Origin: Eledone cirrhosa
Lineage: Eukaryota
Direction of reading: 5' to 3'
Assembly (NCBI GenBank): GCA_964016885.1
Contig: CAXHJY010000598.1
Span: forward strand, 1 to 64,000
Length of the DNA stretch: 64,000 nt
The notes under the pieces were generated by a model that ran no database searches, had not been told where the DNA came from, and saw only the letters and a list, made by a program, of their open reading frames with translations. The position numbers and the translations under genes were made by a program. Below, piece by piece: positions 10,301-25,300 of the stretch. Position 1 is the stretch's first letter, and each line of letters starts with the position of its first letter.

Positions 10301-13300
10301 GGCTGTGGAACCAAACCGTGTTAAACGTCAACAAAGTCCGCCGGCGAATGGTGTGCTTCGAAGAAAACGAATCCAAAAATGACGATTTGCCGGCGGAGTT
10401 ACCTTTTCAATCGCGGGCCGGCCGCCCGTGGTCGGATCGATCTGTAATTACTGGTACATGTGCAGACACTCATTGGCTATGTGTGGCGTGAATTTCAGCA
10501 AGATATCTCCGTAAATTCAATAGTTGTGGCTGTGGAACCAAACCGTGTTAAACGTCAACAAAGTCCGCCGGCGAATGGTGTGCTTCGAAGAAAACGAATC
10601 CAAAAATGACGATTTGCCGGCGGAGTTACCTTTTCAATCGCGGGCCGGCCGCCCGTGGTCGGATCGATCTGTAATTACTGGTACATGTGCAGACACTCAT
10701 TGGCTATGTGTGGCGTGAATTTCAGCAAGATATCTCCGTAAAATCAATAGTTGTGGCTGTGGAACCAAACCGTGTTAAACGTCAACAAAGTCCGCCGGCG
10801 AATGGTGTGCTTCGAAGAAAACGAATCCAAAAATGACGATTTGCCGGCGGAGTTACCTTTTCAATCGCGGGCCGGCCGCCCGTGGTCGGATCGATCTGTA
10901 ATTACTGGTACATGTGCAGACACTCATTGGCTATGTGTGGCGTGAATTTCAGCAAGATATCTCCGTAAAATCAATAGTTGTGGCTGTGGAACCAAACCGT
11001 GTTAAACGTCAACAAAGTCCGCCGGCGAATGGTGTGCTTCGAAGAAAACGAATCCAAAAATGACGATTTGCCGGCGGAGTTACCTTTTCAATCGCGGGCC
11101 GGCCGCCCGTGGTCGGATAGATCTGTAATTACTGGTACATGTGCAGACACTCATTGGCTATGTGCGGCGTGAATTTCAGCAAGATATCTCCGTAAAATCA
11201 ATAGTTGTGGCTGTGGAACCAAACCGTGTTAAACGTCAACAAAGTCCGCCGGCGAATGGTGTGCTTCGAAGAAAACGAATCCAAAAATGACGATTTGCCG
11301 GCGGAGTTACCTTTTCAATCGCGGGCCGGCCGCCCGTGGTCAGATCGATCTGTAATTACTGGTACATGTGCAGACACTCATTGGCTATGTGCGGCGTGAA
11401 TTTCAGCAAGATATCTCCGTAAAATCAATAGTTGTGGCTGTGGAACCAAACCGTGTTAAACGTCAACAAAGTCCGCCGGCGAATGGTGTGCTTCGAAGAA
11501 AACGAATCCAAAAATGACGATTTGCCGGCGGAGTTACCTTTTCAATCGCGGGCCGGCCGCCCGTGGTCGGATCGATCTGTAATTACTGGTACATGTGCAG
11601 ACACTCATTGGCTATGTGTGGCGTGAATTTCAGCAAGATATCTCCGTAAATTCAATAGTTGTGGCTGTGGAACCAAACCGTGTTAAACGTCAACAAAGTC
11701 CGCCGGCGAATGGTGTGCTTCGAAGAAAACGAATCCAAAAATGACGATTTGCCGGCGGAGTTACCTTTTTAATCGCGGGCCGGCCGCCCGTGGTCGGATC
11801 GATCTGTAATTACTGGTACATGTGCAGACACTCATTGGCTATGTGTGGCGTGAATTTCAGCAAGATATCTCCGTAAAATCAATAGTTGTGGCTGTGGAAC
11901 CAAACCGTGTTAAACGTCAACAAAGTCCGCCGGCGAATGGTGTGCTTCGAAGAAAACGAATCCAAAAATGACGATTTGCCGGCGGAGTTACCTTTTAAAT
12001 CGCGGGCCGGCCGCCCGTGGTCGGATCGATCTGTAATTACTGGTACATGTGCAGACACTCATTGGCTATGTGTGGCGTGAATTTCAGCAAGATATCTCCG
12101 TAAAATCAATAGTTGTGGCTGTGGAACCAAACCGTGTTAAACGTCAACAAAGTCCGCCGGCGAATGGTGTGCTTCGAAGAAAACGAATCCAAAAATGACG
12201 ATTTGCCGGCGGAGTTACCTTTTCAATCGCGGGCCGGCCGCCCGTGGTCGGATCGATCTGTAATTACTGGTACATGTGCAGACACTCATTGGCTATGTGC
12301 GGCGTGAATTTCAGCAAGATATCTCCGTAAAATCAATAGTTGTGGCTGTGGAACCAAACCGTGTTAAACGTCAACAAAGTCCGCCGGTGAATGGTGTGCT
12401 TCGAAGAAAACGAATCCAAAAATGACGATTTGCCGGCGGAGTTACCTTTTCAATCGCGGGCCGGCCGCCCGTGGTCGGATCGATCTGTAATTACTGGTAC
12501 ATGTGCAGACACTCATTGGCTATGTGCGGCGTGAATTTCAGCAAGATATCTCCGTAAAATCAATAGTTGTGGCTGTGGAACCAAACCGTGTTAAACGTCA
12601 ACAAAGTCCGCCGGCGAATGGTGTGCTTCGAAGAAAACGAATCCAAAAATGACGATTTGCCGGCGGAGTTACCTTTTCAATCGCGGGCCGGCCGCCCGTG
12701 GTCGGATCGATCTGTAATTACTGGTACATGTGCAGACACTCATTGGCTATGTGTGGCGTGAATTTCAGCAAGATATCTCCGTGAATTCAATAGTTGTGGC
12801 TGTGGAACCAAACCGTGTTAAACGTCAACAAAGTCCGCCGGCGAATGGTGTGCTTCGAAGAAAACGAATCCAAAAATGACGATTTGCCGGCGGAGTTACC
12901 TTTTCAATCGCGGACCGGCCGCCCGTGGTCGGATCGATCTGTAATTACTGGTACATGTGCAGACACTCATTGGCTATGTGCGGCGTGAATTTCAGCAAGA
13001 TATCTCCGTAAAATCAATAGTTGTGGCTGTGGAACCAAACCGTGTTAAACGTCAACAAAGTCCGCCGGCGAATGGTGTGCTTCGAAGAAAACGAATCCAA
13101 AAATGACGATTTGCCGGCGGAGTTACCTTTTCAATCGCGGGCCGGCCGCCCGTGGTCAGATCGATCTGTAATTACTGGTACATGTGCAGACACTCATTGG
13201 CTATGTGCGGCGTGAATTTCAGCAAGATATCTCCGTAAAATCAATAGTTGTGGCTGTGGAACCAAACCGTGTTAAACGTCAACAAAGTCCGCCGGCGAAT

Positions 13301-16300
13301 GGTGTGCTTCGAAGAAAACGAATCCAAAAATGACGATTTGCCGGCGGAGTTACCTTTTCAATCGCGGGCCGGCCGCCCGTGGTCGGATCGATCTGTAATT
13401 ACTGGTACATGTGCAGACACTCATTGGCTATGTGTGGCGTGAATTTCAGCAAGATATCTCCGTAAATTCAATAGTTGTGGCTGTGGAACCAAACCGTGTT
13501 AAACGTCAACAAAGTCCGCCGGCGAATGGTGTGCTTCGAAGAAAACGAATCCAAAAATGACGATTTGCCGGCGGAGTTACCTTTTTAATCGCGGGCCGGC
13601 CGCCCGTGGTCGGATCGATCTGTAATTACTGGTACATGTGCAGACACTCATTGGCTATGTGTGGCGTGAATTTCAGCAAGATATCTCCGTAAAATCAATA
13701 GTTGTGGCTGTGGAACCAAACCGTGTTAAACGTCAACAATGTCCGCCGGCGAATGGTGTGCTTCGAAGAAAACGAATCCAAAAATGACGATTTGCCGGCG
13801 GAGTTACCTTTTCAATCGCGGGCCGGCCGCCCGTGGTCGGATCGATCTGTAATTACTGGTACATGTGCAGACACTCATTGGCTATGTGCGGCGTGAATTT
13901 CAGCAAGATATCTCCGTAAAATCAATAGTTGTGGCTGTGGAACCAAACCGTGTTAAACGTCAACAAAGTCCGCCGGCGAATGGTGTGCTTCGAAGAAAAC
14001 GAATCCAAAAATGACGATTTGCCGGCGGAGTTACCTTTTCAATCGCGGGCCGGCCGCCCGTGGTCGGATCGATCTGTAATTACTGGTACATGTGCAGACA
14101 CTCATTGGCTATGTGCGGCGTGAATTTCAGCAAGATATCTCCGTAAAATCAATAGTTGTGGCTGTGGAACCAAACCGTGTTAAACGTCAACAAAGTCCGC
14201 CGGCGAATGGTGTGCTTCGAAGAAAACGAATCCAAAAATGACGATTTGCCGGCGGAGTTACCTTTTCAATCGCGGGCCGGCCGCCCGTGGTCGGATCGAT
14301 CTGTAATTACTGGTACATGTGCAGACACTCATTGGCTATGTGTGGCGTGAATTTCAGCAAGATATCTCCGTAAAATCAATAGTTGTGGCTGTGGAACCAA
14401 ACCGTGTTAAACGTCAACAAAGTCCGCCGGCGAATGGTGTGCTTCGAAGAAAACGAATCCAAAAATGACGATTTGCCGGCGGAGTTACCTTTTCAATCGC
14501 GGGCCGGCCGCCCGTGGTCGGATCGATCTGTAATTACTGGTACATGTGCAGACACTCATTGGCTATGTGTGGCGTGAATTTCAGCAAGATATCTCCGTAA
14601 AATCAATAGTTGTGGCTGTGGAACCAAACCGTGTTAAACGTCAACAAAGTCCGCCGGCGAATGGTGTGCTTCGAAGAAAACGAATCCAAAAATGACGATT
14701 TGCCGGCGGAGTTACCTTTTCAATCGCGGGCCGGCCGCCCGTGGTCGGATAGATCTGTAATTACTGGTACATGTGCAGACACTCATTGGCTATGTGCGGC
14801 GTGAATTTCAGCAAGATATCTCCGTAAAATCAATAGTTGTGGCTGTGGAACCAAACCGTGTTAAACGTCAACAAAGTCCGCCGGCGAATGGTGTGCTTCG
14901 AAGAAAACGAATCCAAAAATGACGATTTGCCGGCGGAGTTACCTTTTCAATCGCGGGCCGGCCGCCCGTGGTCAGATCGATCTGTAATTACTGGTACATG
15001 TGCAGACACTCATTGGCTATGTGCGGCGTGAATTTCAGCAAGATATCTCCGTAAAATCAATAGTTGTGGCTGTGGAACCAAACCGTGTTAAACGTCAACA
15101 AAGTCCGCCGGCGAATGGTGTGCTTCGAAGAAAACGAATCCAAAAATGACGATTTGCCGGCGGAGTTACCTTTTCAATCGCGGGCCGGCCGCCCGTGGTC
15201 GGATCGATCTGTAATTACTGGTACATGTGCAGACACTCATTGGCTATGTGTGGCGTGAATTTCAGCAAGATATCTCCGTAAATTCAATAGTTGTGGCTGT
15301 GGAACCAAACCGTGTTAAACGTCAACAAAGTCCGCCGGCGAATGGTGTGCTTCGAAGAAAACGAATCCAAAAATGACGATTTGCCGGCGGAGTTACCTTT
15401 TTAATCGCGGGCCGGCCGCCCGTGGTCGGATCGATCTGTAATTACTGGTACATGTGCAGACACTCATTGGCTATGTGTGGCGTGAATTTCAGCAAGATAT
15501 CTCCGTAAAATCAATAGTTGTGGCTGTGGAACCAAACCGTGTTAAACGTCAACAAAGTCCGCCGGCGAATGGTGTGCTTCGAAGAAAACGAATCCAAAAA
15601 TGACGATTTGCCGGCGGAGTTACCTTTTAAATCGCGGGCCGGCCGCCCGTGGTCGGATCGATCTGTAATTACTGGTACATGTGCAGACACTCATTGGCTA
15701 TGTGTGGCGTGAATTTCAGCAAGATATCTCCGTAAAATCAATAGTTGTGGCTGTGGAACCAAACCGTGTTAAACGTCAACAAAGTCCGCCGGCGAATGGT
15801 GTGCTTCGAAGAAAACGAATCCAAAAATGACGATTTGCCGGCGGAGTTACCTTTTCAATCGCGGGCCGGCCGCCCGTGGTCGGATCGATCTGTAATTACT
15901 GGTACATGTGCAGACACTCATTGGCTATGTGCGGCGTGAATTTCAGCAAGATATCTCCGTAAAATCAATAGTTGTGGCTGTGGAACCAAACCGTGTTAAA
16001 CGTCAACAAAGTCCGCCGGTGAATGGTGTGCTTCGAAGAAAACGAATCCAAAAATGACGATTTGCCGGCGGAGTTACCTTTTCAATCGCGGGCCGGCCGC
16101 CCGTGGTCGGATCGATCTGTAATTACTGGTACATGTGCAGACACTCATTGGCTATGTGCGGCGTGAATTTCAGCAAGATATCTCCGTAAAATCAATAGTT
16201 GTGGCTGTGGAACCAAACCGTGTTAAACGTCAACAAAGTCCGCCGGCGAATGGTGTGCTTCGAAGAAAACGAATCCAAAAATGACGATTTGCCGGCGGAG

Positions 16301-19300
16301 TTACCTTTTCAATCGCGGGCCGGCCGCCCGTGGTCGGATCGATCTGTAATTACTGGTACATGTGCAGACACTCATTGGCTATGTGTGGCGTGAATTTCAG
16401 CAAGATATCTCCGTGAATTCAATAGTTGTGGCTGTGGAACCAAACCGTGTTAAACGTCAACAAAGTCCGCCGGCGAATGGTGTGCTTCGAAGAAAACGAA
16501 TCCAAAAATGACGATTTGCCGGCGGAGTTACCTTTTCAATCGCGGACCGGCCGCCCGTGGTCGGATCGATCTGTAATTACTGGTACATGTGCAGACACTC
16601 ATTGGCTATGTGCGGCGTGAATTTCAGCAAGATATCTCCGTAAAATCAATAGTTGTGGCTGTGGAACCAAACCGTGTTAAACGTCAACAAAGTCCGCCGG
16701 CGAATGGTGTGCTTCGAAGAAAACGAATCCAAAAATGACGATTTGCCGGCGGAGTTACCTTTTCAATCGCGGGCCGGCCGCCCGTGGTCAGATCGATCTG
16801 TAATTACTGGTACATGTGCAGACACTCATTGGCTATGTGCGGCGTGAATTTCAGCAAGATATCTCCGTAAAATCAATAGTTGTGGCTGTGGAACCAAACC
16901 GTGTTAAACGTCAACAAAGTCCGCCGGCGAATGGTGTGCTTCGAAGAAAACGAATCCAAAAATGACGATTTGCCGGCGGAGTTACCTTTTCAATCGCGGG
17001 CCGGCCGCCCGTGGTCGGATCGATCTGTAATTACTGGTACATGTGCAGACACTCATTGGCTATGTGTGGCGTGAATTTCAGCAAGATATCTCCGTAAATT
17101 CAATAGTTGTGGCTGTGGAACCAAACCGTGTTAAACGTCAACAAAGTCCGCCGGCGAATGGTGTGCTTCGAAGAAAACGAATCCAAAAATGACGATTTGC
17201 CGGCGGAGTTACCTTTTTAATCGCGGGCCGGCCGCCCGTGGTCGGATCGATCTGTAATTACTGGTACATGTGCAGACACTCATTGGCTATGTGTGGCGTG
17301 AATTTCAGCAAGATATCTCCGTAAAATCAATAGTTGTGGCTGTGGAACCAAACCGTGTTAAACGTCAACAATGTCCGCCGGCGAATGGTGTGCTTCGAAG
17401 AAAACGAATCCAAAAATGACGATTTGCCGGCGGAGTTACCTTTTCAATCGCGGGCCGGCCGCCCGTGGTCGGATCGATCTGTAATTACTGGTACATGTGC
17501 AGACACTCATTGGCTATGTGCGGCGTGAATTTCAGCAAGATATCTCCGTAAAATCAATAGTTGTGGCTGTGGAACCAAACCGTGTTAAACGTCAACAAAG
17601 TCCGCCGGCGAATGGTGTGCTTCGAAGAAAACGAATCCAAAAATGACGATTTGCCGGCGGAGTTACCTTTTCAATCGCGGGCCGGCCGCCCGTGGTCGGA
17701 TCGATCTGTAATTACTGGTACATGTGCAGACACTCATTGGCTATGTGCGGCGTGAATTTCAGCAAGATATCTCCGTAAAATCAATAGTTGTGGCTGTGGA
17801 ACCAAACCGTGTTAAACGTCAACAAAGTCCGCCGGCGAATGGTGTGCTTCGAAGAAAACGAATCCAAAAATGACGATTTGCCGGCGGAGTTACCTTTTCA
17901 ATCGCGGGCCGGCCGCCCGTGGTCGGATCGATCTGTAATTACTGGTACATGTGCAGACACTCATTGGCTATGTGTGGCGTGAATTTCAGCAAGATATCTC
18001 CGTTAATTCAATAGTTGTGGCTGTGGAACCAAACCGTGTTAAACGTCAACAAAGTCCGCCGGCGAATGGTGTGCTTCGAAGAAAACGAATCCAAAAATGA
18101 CGATTTGCCGGCGGAGTTACCTTTTCAATCGCGGGCCGGCCGCCCGTGGTCGGATCGATCTGTAATTACTGGTACATGTGCAGACACTCATTGGCTATGT
18201 GTGGCGTGAATTTCAGCAAGATATCTCCGTAAAATCAATAGTTGTGGCTGTGGAACCAAACCGTGTTAAACGTCAACAAAGTCCGCCGGCGAATGGTGTG
18301 CTTCGAAGAAAACGAATCCAAAAATGACGATTTGCCGGCGGAGTTACCTTTTCAATCGCGGGCCGGCCGCCCGTGGTCGGATCGATCTGTAATTACTGGT
18401 ACATGTGCAGACACTCATTGGCTATGTGTGGCGTGAATTTCAGCAAGATATCTCCGTAAAATCAATAGTTGTGGCTGTGGAACCAAACCGTGTTAAACGT
18501 CAACAAAGTCCGCCGGCGAATGGTGTGCTTCGAAGAAAACGAATCCAAAAATGACGATTTGCCGGCGGAGTTACCTTTTCAATCGCGGGCCGGCCGCCCG
18601 TGGTCGGATAGATCTGTAATTACTGGTACATGTGCAGACACTCATTGGCTATGTGCGGCGTGAATTTCAGCAAGATATCTCCGTAAAATCAATAGTTGTG
18701 GCTGTGGAACCAAACCGTGTTAAACGTCAACAAAGTCCGCCGGCGAATGGTGTGCTTCGAAGAAAACGAATCCAAAAATGACGATTTGCCGGCGGAGTTA
18801 CCTTTTCAATCGCGGGCCGGCCGCCCGTGGTCAGATCGATCTGTAATTACTGGTACATGTGCAGACACTCATTGGCTATGTGCGGCGTGAATTTCAGCAA
18901 GATATCTCCGTAAAATCAATAGTTGTGGCTGTGGAACCAAACCGTGTTAAACGTCAACAAAGTCCGCCGGCGAATGGTGTGCTTCGAAGAAAACGAATCC
19001 AAAAATGACGATTTGCCGGCGGAGTTACCTTTTCAATCGCGGGCCGGCCGCCCGTGGTCGGATCGATCTGTAATTACTGGTACATGTGCAGACACTCATT
19101 GGCTATGTGTGGCGTGAATTTCAGCAAGATATCTCCGTAAATTCAATAGTTGTGGCTGTGGAACCAAACCGTGTTAAACGTCAACAAAGTCCGCCGGCGA
19201 ATGGTGTGCTTCGAAGAAAACGAATCCAAAAATGACGATTTGCCGGCGGAGTTACCTTTTTAATCGCGGGCCGGCCGCCCGTGGTCGGATCGATCTGTAA

Positions 19301-19399
19301 TTACTGGTACATGTGCAGACACTCATTGGCTATGTGCGGCGTGAATTTCAGCAAGATATCTCCGTAAAATCAATAGTTGTGGCTGTGGAACCAAACCGT

Positions 19400-22300
19400 G
19401 TTAAACGTCAACAAAGTCCGCCGGCGAATGGTGTGCTTCGAAGAAAACGAATCCAAAAATGACGATTTGCCGGCGGAGTTACCTTTTCAATCGCGGGCCG
19501 GCCGCCCGTGGTCGGATCGATCTGTAATTACTGGTACATGTGCAGACACTCATTGGCTATGTGCGGCGTGAATTTCAGCAAGATATCTCCGTAAAATCAA
19601 TAGTTGTGGCTGTGGAACCAAACCGTGTTAAACGTCAACAAAGTCCGCCGGCGAATGGTGTGCTTCGAAGAAAACGAATCCAAAAATGACGATTTGCCGG
19701 CGGAGTTACCTTTTCAATCGCGGGCCGGCCGCCCGTGGTCGGATCGATCTGTAATTACTGGTACATGTGCAGACACTCATTGGCTATGTGTGGCGTGAAT
19801 TTCAGCAAGATATCTCCGTAAATTCAATAGTTGTGGCTGTGGAACCAAACCGTGTTAAACGTCAACAAAGTCCGCCGGCGAATGGTGTGCTTCGAAGAAA
19901 ACGAATCCAAAAATGACGATTTGCCGGCGGAGTTACCTTTTCAATCGCGGGCCGGCCGCCCGTGGTCGGATCGATCTGTAATTACTGGTACATGTGCAGA
20001 CACTCATTGGCTATGTGTGGCGTGAATTTCAGCAAGATATCTCCGTAAAATCAATAGTTGTGGCTGTGGAACCAAACCGTGTTAAACGTCAACAAAGTCC
20101 GCCGGCGAATGGTGTGCTTCGAAGAAAACGAATCCAAAAATGACGATTTGCCGGCGGAGTTACCTTTTCAATCGCGGGCCGGCCGCCCGTGGTCGGATCG
20201 ATCTGTAATTACTGGTACATGTGCAGACACTCATTGGCTATGTGTGGCGTGAATTTCAGCAAGATATCTCCGTAAAATCAATAGTTGTGGCTGTGGAACC
20301 AAACCGTGTTAAACGTCAACAAAGTCCGCCGGCGAATGGTGTGCTTCGAAGAAAACGAATCCAAAAATGACGATTTGCCGGCGGAGTTACCTTTTCAATC
20401 GCGGGCCGGCCGCCCGTGGTCGGATAGATCTGTAATTACTGGTACATGTGCAGACACTCATTGGCTATGTGCGGCGTGAATTTCAGCAAGATATCTCCGT
20501 AAAATCAATAGTTGTGGCTGTGGAACCAAACCGTGTTAAACGTCAACAAAGTCCGCCGGCGAATGGTGTGCTTCGAAGAAAACGAATCCAAAAATGACGA
20601 TTTGCCGGCGGAGTTACCTTTTCAATCGCGGGCCGGCCGCCCGTGGTCAGATCGATCTGTAATTACTGGTACATGTGCAGACACTCATTGGCTATGTGCG
20701 GCGTGAATTTCAGCAAGATATCTCCGTAAAATCAATAGTTGTGGCTGTGGAACCAAACCGTGTTAAACGTCAACAAAGTCCGCCGGCGAATGGTGTGCTT
20801 CGAAGAAAACGAATCCAAAAATGACGATTTGCCGGCGGAGTTACCTTTTCAATCGCGGGCCGGCCGCCCGTGGTCGGATCGATCTGTAATTACTGGTACA
20901 TGTGCAGACACTCATTGGCTATGTGTGGCGTGAATTTCAGCAAGATATCTCCGTAAATTCAATAGTTGTGGCTGTGGAACCAAACCGTGTTAAACGTCAA
21001 CAAAGTCCGCCGGCGAATGGTGTGCTTCGAAGAAAACGAATCCAAAAATGACGATTTGCCGGCGGAGTTACCTTTTTAATCGCGGGCCGGCCGCCCGTGG
21101 TCGGATCGATCTGTAATTACTGGTACATGTGCAGACACTCATTGGCTATGTGTGGCGTGAATTTCAGCAAGATATCTCCGTAAAATCAATAGTTGTGGCT
21201 GTGGAACCAAACCGTGTTAAACGTCAACAAAGTCCGCCGGCGAATGGTGTGCTTCGAAGAAAACGAATCCAAAAATGACGATTTGCCGGCGGAGTTACCT
21301 TTTCAATCGCGGGCCGGCCGCCCGTGGTCGGATCGATCTGTAATTACTGGTACATGTGCAGACACTCATTGGCTATGTGCGGCGTGAATTTCAGCAAGAT
21401 ATCTCCGTAAAATCAATAGTTGTGGCTGTGGAACCAAACCGTGTTAAACGTCAACAAAGTCCGCCGGCGAATGGTGTGCTTCGAAGAAAACGAATCCAAA
21501 AATGACGATTTGCCGGCGGAGTTACCTTTTCAATCGCGGGCCGGCCGCCCGTGGTCGGATCGATCTGTAATTACTGGTACATGTGCAGACACTCATTGGC
21601 TATGTGTGGCGTGAATTTCAGCAAGATATCTCCGTAAAATCAATAGTTGTGGCTGTGGAACCAAACCGTGTTAAACGTCAACAATGTCCGCCGGCGAATG
21701 GTGTGCTTCGAAGAAAACGAATCCAAAAATGACGATTTGCCGGCGGAGTTACCTTTTCAATCGCGGGCCGGCCGCCCGTGGTCGGATCGATCTGTAATTA
21801 CTGGTACATGTGCAGACACTCATTGGCTATGTGCGGCGTGAATTTCAGCAAGATATCTCCGTAAAATCAATAGTTGTGGCTGTGGAACCAAACCGTGTTA
21901 AACGTCAACAAAGTCCGCCGGCGAATGGTGTGCTTCGAAGAAAACGAATCCAAAAATGACGATTTGCCGGCGGAGTTACCTTTTCAATCGCGGGCCGGCC
22001 GCCCGTGGTCGGATCGATCTGTAATTACTGGGACATGTGCAGACACTCATTGGCTATGTGCGGCGTGAATTTCAGCAAGATATCTCCGTAAAATCAATAG
22101 TTGTGGCTGTGGAACCAAACCGTGTTAAACGTCAACAAAGTCCGCCGGCGAATGGTGTGCTTCGAAGAAAACGAATCCAAAAATGACGATTTGCCGGCGG
22201 AGTTACCTTTTCAATCGCGGGCCGGCCGCCCGTGGTCGGATCGATCTGTAATTACTGGTACATGTGCAGACACTCATTGGCTATGTGTGGCGTGAATTTC

Positions 22301-25300
22301 AGCAAGATATCTCCGTTAATTCAATAGTTGTGGCTGTGGAACCAAACCGTGTTAAACGTCAACAAAGTCCGCCGGCGAATGGTGTGCTTCGAAGAAAACG
22401 AATCCAAAAATGACGATTTGCCGGCGGAGTTACCTTTTCAATCGCGGGCCGGCCGCCCGTGGTCGGATCGATCTGTAATTACTGGTACATGTGCAGACAC
22501 TCATTGGCTATGTGTGGCGTGAATTTCAGCAAGATATCTCCGTAAAATCAATAGTTGTGGCTGTGGAACCAAACCGTGTTAAACGTCAACAAAGTCCGCC
22601 GGCGAATGGTGTGCTTCGAAGAAAACGAATCCAAAAATGACGATTTGCCGGCGGAGTTACCTTTTCAATCGCGGGCCGGCCGCCCGTGGTCGGATCGATC
22701 TGTAATTACTGGTACATGTGCAGACACTCATTGGCTATGTGTGGCGTGAATTTCAGCAAGATATCTCCGTAAAATCAATAGTTGTGGCTGTGGAACCAAA
22801 CCGTGTTAAACGTCAACAAAGTCCGCCGGCGAATGGTGTGCTTCGAAGAAAACGAATCCAAAAATGACGATTTGCCGGCGGAGTTACCTTTTCAATCGCG
22901 GGCCGGCCGCCCGTGGTCGGATAGATCTGTAATTACTGGTACATGTGCAGACACTCATTGGCTATGTGCGGCGTGAATTTCAGCAAGATATCTCCGTAAA
23001 ATCAATAGTTGTGGCTGTGGAACCAAACCGTGTTAAACGTCAACAAAGTCCGCCGGCGAATGGTGTGCTTCGAAGAAAACGAATCCAAAAATGACGATTT
23101 GCCGGCGGAGTTACCTTTTCAATCGCGGGCCGGCCGCCCGTGGTCAGATCGATCTGTAATTACTGGTACATGTGCAGACACTCATTGGCTATGTGCGGCG
23201 TGAATTTCAGCAAGATATCTCCGTAAAATCAATAGTTGTGGCTGTGGAACCAAACCGTGTTAAACGTCAACAAAGTCCGCCGGCGAATGGTGTGCTTCGA
23301 AGAAAACGAATCCAAAAATGACGATTTGCCGGCGGAGTTACCTTTTCAATCGCGGGCCGGCCGCCCGTGGTCGGATCGATCTGTAATTACTGGTACATGT
23401 GCAGACACTCATTGGCTATGTGTGGCGTGAATTTCAGCAAGATATCTCCGTAAATTCAATAGTTGTGGCTGTGGAACCAAACCGTGTTAAACGTCAACAA
23501 AGTCCGCCGGCGAATGGTGTGCTTCGAAGAAAACGAATCCAAAAATGACGATTTGCCGGCGGAGTTACCTTTTTAATCGCGGGCCGGCCGCCCGTGGTCG
23601 GATCGATCTGTAATTACTGGTACATGTGCAGACACTCATTGGCTATGTGTGGCGTGAATTTCAGCAAGATATCTCCGTAAAATCAATAGTTGTGGCTGTG
23701 GAACCAAACCGTGTTAAACGTCAACAAAGTCCGCCGGCGAATGGTGTGCTTCGAAGAAAACGAATCCAAAAATGACGATTTGCCGGCGGAGTTACCTTTT
23801 CAATCGCGGGCCGGCCGCCCGTGGTCGGATCGATCTGTAATTACTGGTACATGTGCAGACACTCATTGGCTATGTGCGGCGTGAATTTCAGCAAGATATC
23901 TCCGTAAAATCAATAGTTGTGGCTGTGGAACCAAACCGTGTTAAACGTCAACAAAGTCCGCCGGCGAATGGTGTGCTTCGAAGAAAACGAATCCAAAAAT
24001 GACGATTTGCCGGCGGAGTTACCTTTTCAATCGCGGGCCGGCCGCCCGTGGTCGGATCGATCTGTAATTACTGGTACATGTGCAGACACTCATTGGCTAT
24101 GTGTGGCGTGAATTTCAGCAAGATATCTCCGTAAAATCAATAGTTGTGGCTGTGGAACCAAACCGTGTTAAACGTCAACAATGTCCGCCGGCGAATGGTG
24201 TGCTTCGAAGAAAACGAATCCAAAAATGACGATTTGCCGGCGGAGTTACCTTTTCAATCGCGGGCCGGCCGCCCGTGGTCGGATCGATCTGTAATTACTG
24301 GTACATGTGCAGACACTCATTGGCTATGTGCGGCGTGAATTTCAGCAAGATATCTCCGTAAAATCAATAGTTGTGGCTGTGGAACCAAACCGTGTTAAAC
24401 GTCAACAAAGTCCGCCGGCGAATGGTGTGCTTCGAAGAAAACGAATCCAAAAATGACGATTTGCCGGCGGAGTTACCTTTTCAATCGCGGGCCGGCCGCC
24501 CGTGGTCGGATCGATCTGTAATTACTGGTACATGTGCAGACACTCATTGGCTATGTGCGGCGTGAATTTCAGCAAGATATCTCCGTAAAATCAATAGTTG
24601 TGGCTGTGGAACCAAACCGTGTTAAACGTCAACAAAGTCCGCCGGCGAATGGTGTGCTTCGAAGAAAACGAATCCAAAAATGACGATTTGCCGGCGGAGT
24701 TACCTTTTCAATCGCGGGCCGGCCGCCCGTGGTCGGATCGATCTGTAATTACTGGTACATGTGCAGACACTCATTGGCTATGTGTGGCGTGAATTTCAGC
24801 AAGATATCTCCGTAAATTCAATAGTTGTGGCTGTGGAACCAAACCGTGTTAAACGTCAACAAAGTCCGCCGGCGAATGGTGTGCTTCGAAGAAAACGAAT
24901 CCAAAAATGACGATTTGCCGGCGGAGTTACCTTTTCAATCGCGGGCCGGCCGCCCGTGGTCGGATCGATCTGTAATTACTGGTACATGTGCAGACACTCA
25001 TTGGCTATGTGTGGCGTGAATTTCAGCAAGATATCTCCGTAAAATCAATAGTTGTGGCTGTGGAACCAAACCGTGTTAAACGTCAACAAAGTCCGCCGGC
25101 GAATGGTGTGCTTCGAAGAAAACGAATCCAAAAATGACGATTTGCCGGCGGAGTTACCTTTTCAATCGCGGGCCGGCCGCCCGTGGTCGGATCGATCTGT
25201 AATTACTGGTACATGTGCAGACACTCATTGGCTATGTGTGGCGTGAATTTCAGCAAGATATCTCCGTAAAATCAATAGTTGTGGCTGTGGAACCAAACCG

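Larger units (their letters stand above)
1..18020. repeat. Block duplication with 44-monomer offset (9988 bp): 1-about 8030 repeated at 9989-about 18020
   Basis: m193A at 2009/11997 and 5641/15629, m130T at 2400/12388 and 6032/16020, ttaattc at 298/10286 and 8016/18004. The ORF-variant order is the same for 35 monomers. Confidence 0.93.
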
